Origin: Corallochytrium limacisporum Hawaii
Lineage: Eukaryota; Protista; Pluriformea
DNA: 51,096 nucleotides
Direction of reading: 5' to 3'
Assembly (NCBI GenBank): GCA_002811645.1
Contig: PDIP01000065.1
Span: forward strand, 20,003-71,098
Shown here: positions 12,239 through 23,581 of the stretch, piece by piece
Layout of the letters: every line of letters begins with the position of its first letter
Position numbering within the stretch: position 1 is the stretch's first letter
Program-made: the position numbers and the translations under genes
Notes under the pieces: generated by a model
What the model saw: only the letters and a program-made list of their open reading frames with translations
What the model was told of the DNA's origin: nothing
Databases searched by the model: none

Positions 12239-12557
12239 AGAAAACTGGGGTGGGGCAAAGCGCTGCCCTGTTCGCCCTCTGCGCCATGCGGAATCGCAAA
12301 TCTTGAGTTCCTGGCACGCAGTACGCTGGTGCGAGCGCAGCTACTTTAAAGCATGCAAACCATATGGTGCCTATTGACTACATTCATGAAAACTAGCGTG
12401 GTTGAAAGTCAGTAGAGTCGATCAGGAAGTGAACATAGATCTGTAGTATGTTTATGTGACGATGACAGGGATATAAAGCACGGATAACACATCCACGACA
12501 TTTGACGCAAACCAGACCTTTGGATAGTTCGTTTATAGCTATACGGCGGCTTGAAAA

Positions 12558-15500
12558 ATGTTACAAATGCCATTTAGATCGCCGGAGGGCAAGAATCGTC
12601 TAGAAATGCGTAGCCCTCCGTCGCAGCAAAGACTGGCCACCGGCTCGCCAATGACAGTCATTCCGGGACCAAAGAGTTTGGCAAGGCAGCGGGCACTGGA
12701 GCAAGGCATCTCACCTGCACCATCCTTGTCTCAATTTGGAAGACCTACAGTGATGCAAAGGGCTGCTTCTACCATGGACATGGGTGAGCGTTTCATGGTC
12801 GCCATCAAGCGTCAACAGCAAGAGGCTGCCCTCCACAAGCGCGCCGCACCTGGTACATGGAGCATGGAGGACTGGCAGTACATGAGCGGCCTGAAAGGCG
12901 CGCACAGCGATAGAGTTGCAGTGCTCCAAGGTGGTGTCATGGTCCTGGGCGAGGACGGTCAGAGTGTGGAGATCATGACTGCGGGAGGATCAACCGAACG
13001 GTCGGGGGTAACTGTTCACAGCCGCGGAACATATTCTCTACCGGAGAATCTACCCCAACTTCTGGCTACCCCGCGTGGTCGAAGCAAGCGCTCAACGACC
13101 GTTCCGGAGACGCTGAGTTTGGATCGCCTCATGATTTGTACAACAGCAATGTGGCACCGCGCAAACAGCAGCACCGGTCCATCCGGTGACGATGCCATGG
13201 ACGCGGATGACAATGACGGCGAAGTTCCAGAGGACGGAACAGACTGTGTGATAGGCGTAACGATGCCTTCAGGATTGGTGGTTCGGGCACCGCTGCAGCG
13301 AGTTATTTTGTCGCCATCAGTGCGCGATTCCTCGGTACCCATTGCGGTACCGTTCAAGGTTATCGGTCGGATGGACCTCTCGTTGCTCGATATCGGAGGG
13401 TCAGTTGTTGACTTTCAGATCTCCAGTGCTGGTAGCAGTGCAAGTGACTTGGTAGGACTGGCTCAAGGTCGGATTTTCCACATTGGGCTGCCGGCAGTTG
13501 CGGTGGATCTGAACTCGCCTACAGGTCCCGCATCGGGTCGGAAAGGTAAGAGCAAGGCATCAGCTGCGGCCATCACGGCCGATGCGGTGCCCGTGCTAGA
13601 GTGCACCCCTCTTGGAACCAGTCCGTCGGCGCAGACAACAGTGTCTGTGGGCCCATCACTGTATGTGTGGGAAGCGTTTCAAGACGACGATGGCGATTTT
13701 AAGGTGTGTCTCTTTGCAGCACACAGTGAGGATGATGTGGAAGAGAGTGAGTTCCGCACTGAGACCCTGAGCATCAATAGTGTATTGAAGCTGACGGGTA
13801 TCCCGGGGTCAGTGAATGATGTGATCTTTAGCGAAGCAGACAGTGACGCGGGTGGTTTGGTCCAGGGATGTGCAGAAACATACGTGGACGTCCTCGTTGA
13901 TATCGAGGGCGACGATCTCGCAGTGATGCGCCTGACCGCGCGCAGTAGTAACACAGAGGACGCAGACAAAGATGACACGCTCCTTGCGTCCGCACCGGTC
14001 GCGTCTGACGTGGTTATTCTCTCTCGGAGCCGCCTAAGAGCCATCGATTGGCAGGTTGGTCATACAAATCGCCGTCAAGCGTCGTCTGCGGAGATCCACA
14101 CGGCCATAGGAACTGAATCCAGCCGGGATCAAACCCAGCTTCAGACCTGGGACATCACCGGCGGCACCTCTCTTCTTGACAATGCCTTTGGTCTGACTGC
14201 CGTGGACCGCACAGACGGTTCAAATCAAGGCTGTAGCGCTGTGGTGCTCGGAGGATCCGGCGGCCACCGTCTACAGGGATTCCTTTTCGACAAAACCACC
14301 GGGCAGGCCATCGCCTGTGGCCTGGCCCAGGAGCGCTTTCTACCCAGCCCAAGCCATGGTGCTGAGGGAAGCACCACTCTGCTTGTCTGCTTCGATGATG
14401 GCACTATCAGTCTCGCTAACTACGCTTCGATGGCGAGGGGCATCAATCAGCGTATGCTGCCGCAGATGGGAGTCCTGTCTGCGTCCTCAACGAGTCAAAA
14501 GGCAGCGCACTGCCAGGAGACGATGAGGGCCTATGTCGAAGGAAGCCATCTAAAGGACACAATCTCGCAATACGTAGCTGAGTCGCAATGGCCAGAAGTG
14601 CAGCGTTGGGCCAGTGAGCTTTTGCAGTACTTTCACGAATGGATGGCCATGGGTCAGTCGACAGACGGCATCAGTGACGAAGGCATGCTGAAATTTGCTA
14701 GAGAACTGCAAGAATTGGATACCGGCCGGAAACGCGGAGGACTGCCGGATCACGCTGTTGCGTGCGTTCTCCGCGAAGCAAGCCATCTGCTCCTGGACGA
14801 GAGTGCTCGTCATACGAGCCTTGACTCGAACACTGACGATCCCCTTCGCTACATTCTAGCTCTAGAGGCGCAGCTGAAACACAAAATCAGTGTCCATGCA
14901 GGCTACCTGGACTTCTTGATTCTGTTGTTGACTGAGACGGGAACTGGTGCAGATGGGACAGTTCTCCTACGCGACCGCCCTGCCGTGCTTTCTGCTCTGC
15001 GCACTGAAATTGGCAGTGACATTGAGCGTCTGTGGGCCGTGCTAAGCATTGTACGCCTTCACGGCGCTAGTGGTAGTATGCAGTATGAAGCGCAAACTTC
15101 GCAGCAGACGAACATTCACAGTGAGAGCGACTTGACTTTGCTCTACCTCACAGACTTTTTGAATGTATTGATCCACCAACTCTACTTTTCGGATAGCACC
15201 CTAGCTCTGAGTGTAGATCATATGCAGGAAGCATACGGAGAGCACCTGAGCGTAGGTGTTGACGTCCTGCTGAGCCATCTAGCGGACATCCAGACCCTGC
15301 GCAAAGTCAGCGAGGCCATGGCCGCAAACTCGGTCGCAATGGACAGTACTGGTGACCTGAGTGCTGCACGCTTTTCAGAATCTACTGCGTATACAACAAC
15401 CTTAATGTGTGCAGCCAAGTGCGTTGATGTCTGGAGCGCTGCGGTCGGTTGCGTGCGTCAGGGTGAGGTAAGCGAAGTGGACGAAGGCACGATCATAGCA

Positions 15501-18047
15501 GGTAAGCTGCGCGACATCCAGAGGCAGCTGGACACTTTGTGCGGGCCCAGGGAGCGGGATATCATTGTACAACAGGAGCAGGCTTCCAATAATGACATGG
15601 TGGTGAACAGCAGCACATCGGGGGCCCAAGTGGCCACAGTTGCTTCCTCCACTGCCCTCAACGCAGGTGGTTACTCCGTCTCCTCTACCGCACGCTGGAC
15701 GGAACCCATAGCTCCAATCATTGCCGAACTCACGGCGCTTCTGCGCACAGTGATACATCCACATGCCTCTGCCGAAGACCACGCACTAATCGCGGACTGT
15801 GGCATTGCTGCTCTTCACTTGGACAACAGGCGGCGCATGGTTCTTGCCGCCGGCAGTGCGGCTGCTGTCAACGAGGACCCCGGGCTTTCCATGGCTGCAC
15901 TAGAGCATGCGGCGGCAGTAGAGGGCCTGTGCGCATGGTTCATGGGCCGCTGTGAGGAAGAAGTCGTTACTTGGCGTTCCCAGGTCGAACGCACTGCGAT
16001 TACTGTGCTCCAAGCTGCATCCGTGCCGGACAGCCGATCCCAACGAACCGCCCCGGAGGCCCTAGCACGCAAGCTTGCAACGGAACTGGGTCAGTCTGCT
16101 ATCCAAGCCCCCCGCGCCTGGCTCCTGGATCTCGCGGAAAGTGTAGCGGAGGCCTTCAATGCCTGGACGCAGGTCGTTGCAGTAGCAGATCGGAGGCACT
16201 GGCTTGGTCAGAACTGGCAGCGGACGCTGCTGAAAGTAGCAGTTGCAGCAGGTGAAGTGAGCCACCCGTGGCTCCACACACAGATTCTTGCGCAAGCGGT
16301 AGCGGCCGCACCCCCCAATAATATTGGTAGCTCAGCCGATAACGTCCGCGGTCTGGACAGCCGCTCATTGTCTCTGTGTGCAGAAGACCCGGAGAGCGCA
16401 CTGCGTCACCTTGCCAGCCGCATGTCTGCGGTGGGCCAGGCGTTGATCAATGAATGTTTCTGGTACTTCCTCGATCGCGGTCGCCCAGGGATGCTATTCC
16501 ACCAATTCTTGGCCAATTTTCAGGATGATCTACGGGAATGGCTTGCACAATTTGCAGGAGAGGGTGCCAGCATCAGTGAGGATGGGGTGGGGTCGCCGAA
16601 CGCTTCGTCCGGTGGCGTAGACAGACGTCTGCTCTATGCTCTGGCCTGTATGCGCAGTGCCACACTGATCGGAGTACAGCCGTCAGCGGCAGATGCAAAT
16701 GCCACAGAAAACGGTGGCTCTGATGTTGTCGGCAGTCACGACGTCCGCAAGCGCCAACAGTACCTGAGCCAGGCGCTAAACACGCTCACAGAAATGATTG
16801 AAGAAGACATTGCTCGTGGTGAGGGGCGAGAAGCCCAGGTACAACAGGAATTGGACAACCGTGGCCGTGACATCGACCCCTACGATCCTGAGCTTCAATC
16901 TCAGTTACCCTACGGTGGCAGTCTGGGTGCCATCAGCGACTATTTGTCACTCGCACGCCTTCTGCTTCGTGCCCAACGCGGGAACGGTGGCATCGGCCAG
17001 GCTGCCCTCCGCACATTTGAGCGTGGCAGCGAGGCTAGGCGGCTGATTGTTACTTCCACCGACGATGATACCCTTGTGACACTCCCTGACGCGCTTGCAC
17101 CCGATCTCGGTCTCTCAGACGATGAAGCGACGACACTTGATTTCGAAATGCGCAGACGCCTTGAAATGGCAGCTTCGCAAGAGATGGCGCAGGGCACTCT
17201 GCGAGACATATTGCGGGTATTCCGCCTGTTGCGTGGAAGTGAAGATGGCACAGCGCGGGCACTAGACTTGGATGCTGGTGATGATGGAGCCATGGACGAG
17301 GGAGAGGAAAGTACTAATACTGACGGAGACACCAATCGTGCACTGACTCTGCGCATGCTCACTACTGAGGGTGACGATCAAAGCATCTGGAGCGCCGGGC
17401 ACCTGGCACGGGTGTATGCTTTCATTGTCTATCGGAAATCCCAGCTTTGCGGTCAGCGAATGGCTGTCGTCCCTGCTGGAGCAGCGGACGCCGGCGGTGG
17501 CGACAGAGAGAGTGATGAGAACAGTTACGATCGCGTCGTAGAGGCCGCCGTGTTCGCGGCGTACGCCGCACACATTGTCTACGAAGGACGACTGACGGAA
17601 GAAGGACAGGAACTTACGCAGCAGGAGAAAATTCATGGCACCCATTTTGACCCACTTGTGCTCTGGCTGGTTGCCCTGTACTGCGATGCACTGCTGGGCG
17701 TTTTCTCTGCTGCAACATCGGCGGCCAAGGGCCGTGGCAAGGCTGCGGCATCATCAGTTGCAAGAAGTCAGTCCAAGAACGAGCCCTTGACATCACAGCT
17801 CTACCGCTACCTCCGCGGTTACGGTCGCGACTGCCTTGGACTGCTTGCGACAGGTGCAACAACAGCAGCAGGTAAACCTACCGCAGATACTCTCCGGGCG
17901 CTTAAAGCTTTGGATCTCCACAAGAGTCTCGGACCCGGCTCGTTTGCGGATGAGATGGATCGCTGGCGTAAGGAAACACTGACCAGCGCCCAGGCCAAGG
18001 TCTGGAAACAGTTCACGGAGACGCTTGCGCAGGCGCAGAAAATGTGA
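12558..18047 (+). CDS. NUP133: Nucleoporin Nup133-like, enlarged by insertions
   Basis: 1829 aa with a beta-rich N-half and helical C-half. Segments QLKHKISVHAGYLDFL, LAESVAEAFNAWTQVVAVAD, FWYFLDRGRPGMLF..DDLREWL and YLSLARLLL resemble Nup133 helical-domain blocks in the expected order. Confidence 0.75.
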   Translation: MLQMPFRSPEGKNRLEMRSPPSQQRLATGSPMTVIPGPKSLARQRALEQGISPAPSLSQFGRPTVMQRAASTMDMGERFMVAIKRQQQEAALHKRAAPGTWSMEDWQYMSGLKGAHSDRVAVLQGGVMVLGEDGQSVEIMTAGGSTERSGVTVHSRGTYSLPENLPQLLATPRGRSKRSTTVPETLSLDRLMICTTAMWHRANSSTGPSGDDAMDADDNDGEVPEDGTDCVIGVTMPSGLVVRAPLQRVILSPSVRDSSVPIAVPFKVIGRMDLSLLDIGGSVVDFQISSAGSSASDLVGLAQGRIFHIGLPAVAVDLNSPTGPASGRKGKSKASAAAITADAVPVLECTPLGTSPSAQTTVSVGPSLYVWEAFQDDDGDFKVCLFAAHSEDDVEESEFRTETLSINSVLKLTGIPGSVNDVIFSEADSDAGGLVQGCAETYVDVLVDIEGDDLAVMRLTARSSNTEDADKDDTLLASAPVASDVVILSRSRLRAIDWQVGHTNRRQASSAEIHTAIGTESSRDQTQLQTWDITGGTSLLDNAFGLTAVDRTDGSNQGCSAVVLGGSGGHRLQGFLFDKTTGQAIACGLAQERFLPSPSHGAEGSTTLLVCFDDGTISLANYASMARGINQRMLPQMGVLSASSTSQKAAHCQETMRAYVEGSHLKDTISQYVAESQWPEVQRWASELLQYFHEWMAMGQSTDGISDEGMLKFARELQELDTGRKRGGLPDHAVACVLREASHLLLDESARHTSLDSNTDDPLRYILALEAQLKHKISVHAGYLDFLILLLTETGTGADGTVLLRDRPAVLSALRTEIGSDIERLWAVLSIVRLHGASGSMQYEAQTSQQTNIHSESDLTLLYLTDFLNVLIHQLYFSDSTLALSVDHMQEAYGEHLSVGVDVLLSHLADIQTLRKVSEAMAANSVAMDSTGDLSAARFSESTAYTTTLMCAAKCVDVWSAAVGCVRQGEVSEVDEGTIIAGKLRDIQRQLDTLCGPRERDIIVQQEQASNNDMVVNSSTSGAQVATVASSTALNAGGYSVSSTARWTEPIAPIIAELTALLRTVIHPHASAEDHALIADCGIAALHLDNRRRMVLAAGSAAAVNEDPGLSMAALEHAAAVEGLCAWFMGRCEEEVVTWRSQVERTAITVLQAASVPDSRSQRTAPEALARKLATELGQSAIQAPRAWLLDLAESVAEAFNAWTQVVAVADRRHWLGQNWQRTLLKVAVAAGEVSHPWLHTQILAQAVAAAPPNNIGSSADNVRGLDSRSLSLCAEDPESALRHLASRMSAVGQALINECFWYFLDRGRPGMLFHQFLANFQDDLREWLAQFAGEGASISEDGVGSPNASSGGVDRRLLYALACMRSATLIGVQPSAADANATENGGSDVVGSHDVRKRQQYLSQALNTLTEMIEEDIARGEGREAQVQQELDNRGRDIDPYDPELQSQLPYGGSLGAISDYLSLARLLLRAQRGNGGIGQAALRTFERGSEARRLIVTSTDDDTLVTLPDALAPDLGLSDDEATTLDFEMRRRLEMAASQEMAQGTLRDILRVFRLLRGSEDGTARALDLDAGDDGAMDEGEESTNTDGDTNRALTLRMLTTEGDDQSIWSAGHLARVYAFIVYRKSQLCGQRMAVVPAGAADAGGGDRESDENSYDRVVEAAVFAAYAAHIVYEGRLTEEGQELTQQEKIHGTHFDPLVLWLVALYCDALLGVFSAATSAAKGRGKAAASSVARSQSKNEPLTSQLYRYLRGYGRDCLGLLATGATTAAGKPTADTLRALKALDLHKSLGPGSFADEMDRWRKETLTSAQAKVWKQFTETLAQAQKM

Positions 18048-18155
18048 ACACTGCCCCTGCATAGAGAGAATTTCAACATCTAGCCCATTAGAACTAAAAC
18101 AACTATTGATAATATAATGTGGTACAAATATAGACTTGGTTACGGCCAAAACAAT

Positions 18156-21100
18156 TCACTCCACAGAGGGTCGTGGTACGGTTTGACCCGCGCGGTCGTA
18201 GATGGTCACCCACGATTGTCTCAGTTTGCCGGTGCTACGTGTGCTAGAGAGCCCACCTAGACTGCGTTGGGACGATCGTAGGCCACCAGACCTCGCCGAG
18301 CCACCTTCATCGGATTCCACAGCGGGGGAAGGCGCGTCTGCGATGCCCGTCGTACCACCAACGGTGAATGTAGCAAAAGATGGTCGCTGCCCGTCAGCAC
18401 TCGGTCCACCGCTGATGGGACTTTCCGCCGCCCCCGATGAGCCGAGGCTATGAGAAGTGGCGCTACTGTCCCGTGGACCGGTGACCTTAACACCAAGACC
18501 CACAGCTGCACCATCCTTGCTATGTTCTGTAACAGTACCAATTGCACTATCATGCTCAAGATCGAGCAACAGTTCCGCCTGTCGCACACACAGCGGCATG
18601 TGATGGATTTCTGGTCCACTTGTGACCAAATTGCTGACAAGTTGCTGCTCGTGGCGGGCCTCGGTGATAATGGCTTGCAGCTGCAAATCACCGCAATTGG
18701 GTGCACCATGGAGTGCCTCCCGCAAGACGCGTGTGTTGGCGGGGATCGGATAGTAAATTATTGGGTGCGGAATGTCACCCTTGCGCACAAAAGTTGACCG
18801 TAGGAAATTCTTCAGCCCCACCGGTGTAACTCCGACACAGAGTACCCAGCGGCTGCCCTTGTTGGTCAGTTTTAGCACGTCGGTAACAGTGTGGCCCCTG
18901 AGCATCATGTCCAGGCCCGTCTCCTGAATCTGCTGCATTTGCGCATTTAGAATGAATGTTTCACTTTGGTTTGCTTTCATCGAACCCTTGTGGCGTTTGT
19001 CGTGGCCGTGACTGGTACCGGTACCGCTGGCTCGGGCACCCTTGCGATCTCCAGATTTGGATGACCGCGGCTGGTTGGCGGAATGCAGTGCTACCACAGA
19101 GTAATCGAAAACCAACCCTTGCATCTTCAGACTCAACATCTCCTCCTGGGACATCATCGCAACTTCGGGGTTCATCTTGAAGCTGTCCCTGTAGGTGGCG
19201 TCTTGATTGATGCCATTGACTTTGCTATTCTTGCCCTTGACAGTGCTCATCATGGCCCGGTCTGCCATGGCCGCAGCGCCACCCATGCTCAAAGTGGGTG
19301 AGTCCAAAATGTTGCCTGCACTGGCCTTGCGCGGCGTCAGGCGCAAACCTGACGAACCTCCACCAGACAAAGATGTCCCGCTCCCTCTTTCAGCCAGCGA
19401 AGAGAGGTGCAACGATGTGAAGGCATTGCGCAGGCGTGCTCTGGTGCCCTGCCGAGCCACGGGTCGGCAGGCGCCGGGAACTGGATTGTAGAGGACATCT
19501 TCCGCGACTTGCCGGTCGTAGCCTTCGGGTAGTGCCTCGCGCCAGGGCACTGTAGAGAAATGAGTCGGAAAGTATCGCACCAGCTCCGACGCCACATACT
19601 GCGCGAGCGGGCCCATAAGGAACACTGGCGGGCGCTTTGTGGCCCTGTCCTCACCAATTGTTGTATCATAAACTGGACCGGTAACGACGGGGTGGTACGT
19701 GGGCACCCAGCCGTGCAGGCGCATAAACAGTTCCAGTTCTTCCGGACTAACCTTGGTGCCATGCCGGCTTGTGCGCTTTTTGTTCTTGGCTTTGTTAGAG
19801 CCGCTGGTCGATCCTGTGCTGAAGAGCCTGCTCAGGTGCTTACTCAAAGATGGTCCACGAGGCACACTACGAGCCTGGGAAATGTGAACGGCCTCCGGAC
19901 GTCGGCCAGTGCCAATGTTTTGGTTGATGGTAGCTGTGCGCTGCCGATCGACTGATCTACTGCGCTTGGAACTAGCACGGCTTTGCATGCGTGCTTCGCT
20001 GGCACCAGATCTGGCCACGTCCTCGTCGTTTGACATCAAATTGTCCGCACTATCATCTGCCATAAGCGTGGTGTTATTTGTTCCGTCACTGGGCACGATC
20101 GCGTTGCACTGCGGTTCCGCCGTTTTGGTATTGTGCAGCGACGTCAATCCATAAATTCCGTGCAAAAACGCTTCCGCCAACACCGTCTCAGGGCTCTGTC
20201 CCATGGCTCTACTGATCAAATAGATATCGCGCAGACGCTTGCGCTCGTAATCCTCACGAAGCATCAGGGACGGTATGAGACCCGAACGCTCTGTTCGTTC
20301 ATTGCGCGCCATCCAAAAGCCTGCGTTTGGATTCGCGTCTGTGACGTGCAGAATATCACCCATGCTGAAAGGCAGCATACGGGAAACTCCGTCTCCTGGA
20401 GGAATCGACAGTTGGCCCTCGCTGGACCTAGTGCTACCGTGTCCACTGCCGCCGTTGCTAACAACACCATTTGCCTTGCCGCCATGTGCTCCCGCGGTGA
20501 AGGCACTACTCCGAAAGATAAGCTCCGAAGGTGCGTCCTCTGGGTCATAATTATACAGAGCCCGCACCACAAAGAGCTGTTCGTGTCCGCGGTGATGTAC
20601 CAACGACGTCCGACGTGAATCCCCTGGACCAGGCTTCGTCAACGATACTCTAAGAGAACTGCGTGTCTCACCACCATTGTGTTGTACCTGCTTGTTTTCA
20701 ACACTCGCGTCCCGCCCAAGTAATGCATTGCTCTCAGCCATGACATGGTCTAGAACAGCCTGGGGCTTCTTTGACGGAATCAGTGCACCCGGAGCTCCAC
20801 GCATCTTCTGGACGACGTGCTCGTCCTTTCCAACCTGAGATGCGCGCAAAGGGTTCACCACAGTGCTCTGCAATACACTGGAGCCCGAACTTCGGGGAAA
20901 TGAAACGCCTTCGGTGCCACTAGGAGTTCCTGATGGCGGGATACCATGGTCTCCTCTGATCAGTGCGTCAGTGGGGTCGTCTACGAGTGAATATGCCGGC
21001 GGTCCGTTTAAATCCCCGAGTTCGGACAGAGAGCCTGCAGATCCACGGCTGTGCTTGTTGACGGTCTGCTTGGTGAGGGATTTGAGCTTCTCACTGAACC

Positions 21101-21692
21101 ACGTATCGCACCAGGAAACTCGCTCAGCCATGCGCACCCGCAGGTAACACATTTCAAAGAACGCTATTTCTGCCTCTGGGTTCTCGTCCATGGCGATCGT
21201 GACAGGTACGACCGATTCGTACTTCTCTACTTCACCCATGATGATCCTTCTCAATTTCTCTCCACACTCCTTCAATGGATCCATCCTTGCTATATTTTTG
21301 GCCTCGAAATGTACGTCACCAACGCTGAGCACCCGCAGACCGCGTCTTAGTCCAGCCATGTGTGCCTCTGATCCCCGTTGGACACGACTCACATATACAC
21401 GTCCAGCGTAGAACGGGCCAGAGACAAGAGAGATTCCCAGCCCTGCATTCTTGTCCCGATTAACCTTGATCACTCTGTAGTCCCCTCGCAGGTCGGACGG
21501 TAACCTCTGGCGTTCCAGATTTCGACGGTGGCTCTCTGCGCCGGGGTAACGTGATTGAATCTCATCAACGTCGATTTTCTTGGCTTTGCGAGTCAACGGT
21601 TGGTTAGTACGTCCAAGAGCAGCATAAGCTTGAGCACTGAGCACTCCGAGACCCGAGCTCTTGGTCTCGCTATGCGAATTCACTTCCGCCAT
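18156..21692 (-). CDS. MAGUK scaffold (PDZ - SH3 - HOOK - degenerate guanylate kinase), DLG-class-like
   Basis: PDZ: GLGISLVSG..VYVSRVQRGSEAHMAGLRRGLRVLSVG. SH3: VRALYNYDP..LPFSMGDILHV..FWMAR..GLIPS. GK start: PTYHPV..RPPVFLMGPLAQYVASELVRYFPTHFSTVP. The first ATG is at 21692; the track start 21698 is TTG. Confidence 0.85.
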   Translation of the reverse strand: MAEVNSHSETKSSGLGVLSAQAYAALGRTNQPLTRKAKKIDVDEIQSRYPGAESHRRNLERQRLPSDLRGDYRVIKVNRDKNAGLGISLVSGPFYAGRVYVSRVQRGSEAHMAGLRRGLRVLSVGDVHFEAKNIARMDPLKECGEKLRRIIMGEVEKYESVVPVTIAMDENPEAEIAFFEMCYLRVRMAERVSWCDTWFSEKLKSLTKQTVNKHSRGSAGSLSELGDLNGPPAYSLVDDPTDALIRGDHGIPPSGTPSGTEGVSFPRSSGSSVLQSTVVNPLRASQVGKDEHVVQKMRGAPGALIPSKKPQAVLDHVMAESNALLGRDASVENKQVQHNGGETRSSLRVSLTKPGPGDSRRTSLVHHRGHEQLFVVRALYNYDPEDAPSELIFRSSAFTAGAHGGKANGVVSNGGSGHGSTRSSEGQLSIPPGDGVSRMLPFSMGDILHVTDANPNAGFWMARNERTERSGLIPSLMLREDYERKRLRDIYLISRAMGQSPETVLAEAFLHGIYGLTSLHNTKTAEPQCNAIVPSDGTNNTTLMADDSADNLMSNDEDVARSGASEARMQSRASSKRSRSVDRQRTATINQNIGTGRRPEAVHISQARSVPRGPSLSKHLSRLFSTGSTSGSNKAKNKKRTSRHGTKVSPEELELFMRLHGWVPTYHPVVTGPVYDTTIGEDRATKRPPVFLMGPLAQYVASELVRYFPTHFSTVPWREALPEGYDRQVAEDVLYNPVPGACRPVARQGTRARLRNAFTSLHLSSLAERGSGTSLSGGGSSGLRLTPRKASAGNILDSPTLSMGGAAAMADRAMMSTVKGKNSKVNGINQDATYRDSFKMNPEVAMMSQEEMLSLKMQGLVFDYSVVALHSANQPRSSKSGDRKGARASGTGTSHGHDKRHKGSMKANQSETFILNAQMQQIQETGLDMMLRGHTVTDVLKLTNKGSRWVLCVGVTPVGLKNFLRSTFVRKGDIPHPIIYYPIPANTRVLREALHGAPNCGDLQLQAIITEARHEQQLVSNLVTSGPEIHHMPLCVRQAELLLDLEHDSAIGTVTEHSKDGAAVGLGVKVTGPRDSSATSHSLGSSGAAESPISGGPSADGQRPSFATFTVGGTTGIADAPSPAVESDEGGSARSGGLRSSQRSLGGLSSTRSTGKLRQSWVTIYDRAGQTVPRPSVE

Positions 21693-22573
21693 GTTCAATA
21701 TGTTCCCGGGTGTGGCTTACTGAAGTTTCAGAATGGCTACCATCTTGTGCCTCTTTCCACTTCAAGGTGTATCTTTTCATGAACACATCATGCTGTTTAT
21801 TTGTGTTTTCTTTTTTCGAACAGTATGGACAGACTCATGGACAAACTCCGACTGGCACAACTATAAACTACGGCGAAGTCCTAACCACTACACTTTTGGG
21901 CGTTGCCACCCCGAAAGTCTTCTATTTTCTACAGATAAATAGCACTTTAGAAGAATCAGATTTAAGAACAATGATTCTTGTCATTTTCGGAGTTTAGCGC
22001 AGCAGTGCAAGCTCATGTCTTTATGTAAAGTCGTTTGCAAACCCGCCATCGAAAGCAGGCGCCAGACGGCCATGCATCACCCGATCCAAAAAAGGCTGTT
22101 GGGGAAGGTTGGGACCCAGCTCCGAACTCTCACAGTGGTAGACCCGGCAGCGATGGGGCGTGGAGATTGGCCTTTGGCACGCGGCCCGCCCGACCCCCTT
22201 TTTCCCCGGGGAAGAGGGAGAGGGGGGGGCGTGGAGAGTTGGGACTCCGCTTCCTCGCCTCGGTGGTTGTTGAGTACGGGAAGTTTGTCTTGGGTTGGGA
22301 AGGGGAACCTTCGGCCACAGTGGAAGATTGATCTGGCTCCTGGGCCCTCCCTCCCGCCCAGGCCGGAGAAACGATGTCGCGCCCATCTCTTCTTGTCCCG
22401 CTCGTCACCTCCTCTCCGCTTTTTTTCCTTGTAATTTTCGTTCTTTTCTCGTTAATGGTGGGGTACATTTTCTATCGGGGCCCAAGTCCTGGTCGTGAGG
22501 ATCTTTCCGTTTCTTTCTCCTCCTTGCCCCGCGCTCCATCGGAAAAGCCTCACAGAGTCCAAACTTCGCTCGC

Positions 22574-22602
22574 AGGCCCCCCCCCCCCGCGGGGGAGGGG
22601 GG
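22574..22602. promoter_or_regulatory. C12/G-run element upstream of the MAGUK gene
   Basis: AGG C12 GC G5 A G6, about 0.9 kb upstream of ATG 21692. Confidence 0.45.
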
Positions 22603-22906
22603 CTCCTGAGTCAAGCTCCAACGCTCCGGGAAGGGGGGCCTCTTTTTTCCAGCCTTTTATTCTTTTTCCTGGTTTCTCCTTTGGCCCTCGACCACCCCAT
22701 TGGCCCGCCTTCAAGGCGGGTGTTCAAAATGGTGTGGGGTTGGGGGATCAAAAACAAGCAAAATCAGGCGCGTGGCGGTCATGCGCGCAGCAGATCATCT
22801 ATAGTGCGTGACCAACAACGACGCCAACCTCTCCATCATCTTTGGTGGCTAGCCATCGACAGTGATTGCTGTGCTTAGGAGAGTCGATTCCGTCCGTGCA
22901 AAAACT

Positions 22907-23581
22907 TTAGGTGTCCTTGGTGGCGGTCGATGACGATGATGAAGAAGAAGACGACGTATGTGATGATGAAGACGACGGTTGTACCATTCCGGTCTGCTTT
23001 TGCCACAGCAAAGACAGTCGGCTTAGGTGTGCCAGCGCAGCAGGCTTGGCGAGAGCGAAACTCTCATACCACCACCACCGACTGTAGTCCCTGTGGCGCC
23101 GCATGCCGGCATTAAGGAAATCGCGGTAGTATTCGGCCAGCGCTTCTTCGACGGCCTCCTTACCGTACGCTTTGTGTTTGGCCATCACTCGGGCCTTACC
23201 CTCCGCAAAGGAAGAGTTGTTCTCGGCCCAGAACCGGAAATGTGCCTCCTGCAGACTCTCACGCTTTTCGCGGTACCGGCGTTCGGCGGCTGTTTCGTCT
23301 GAGGGTCGGTCAAAGACTTTGAACCGCATTCGACTCAGCGGATCCGGGGGCCCAATGTATCCGCCTTCGACCTCATGGTAGGATGCTTGGGTGTACTGCA
23401 TTGAGTCTTCTTTGGGATCGTTGTTCTGTTTACTTTGATCTGAACCAATATGACTACTTTTTGCGCTGCTCTTATTTGCTGATTTACCGCTCAGGCATCG
23501 ACTGAACCACAGAGGAGCAACACTATTCCACCTGCAGCATTGCGCAGTGATTTTGCCGAATTGAACTTTGTCGTGTATCAT
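22907..23581 (-). CDS. COA8: Cytochrome c oxidase assembly factor 8 (COA8/APOPT1)
   Basis: YIGPPDPLSRMR, ETAAERRYR, FWAENNSSF..GK, LAEYYRDFLN and HRDYSRWWW match COA8. The N-terminus is basic and Ser-rich like a mitochondrial presequence. Confidence 0.88.
   Translation of the reverse strand: MIHDKVQFGKITAQCCRWNSVAPLWFSRCLSGKSANKSSAKSSHIGSDQSKQNNDPKEDSMQYTQASYHEVEGGYIGPPDPLSRMRFKVFDRPSDETAAERRYREKRESLQEAHFRFWAENNSSFAEGKARVMAKHKAYGKEAVEEALAEYYRDFLNAGMRRHRDYSRWWWYESFALAKPAALAHLSRLSLLWQKQTGMVQPSSSSSHTSSSSSSSSSTATKDT

Noticed and set aside
12711-21411. Antisense and alternate-frame ORFs inside NUP133 and the MAGUK gene
   Set aside because: Expected shadow ORFs of GC-rich coding sequence.
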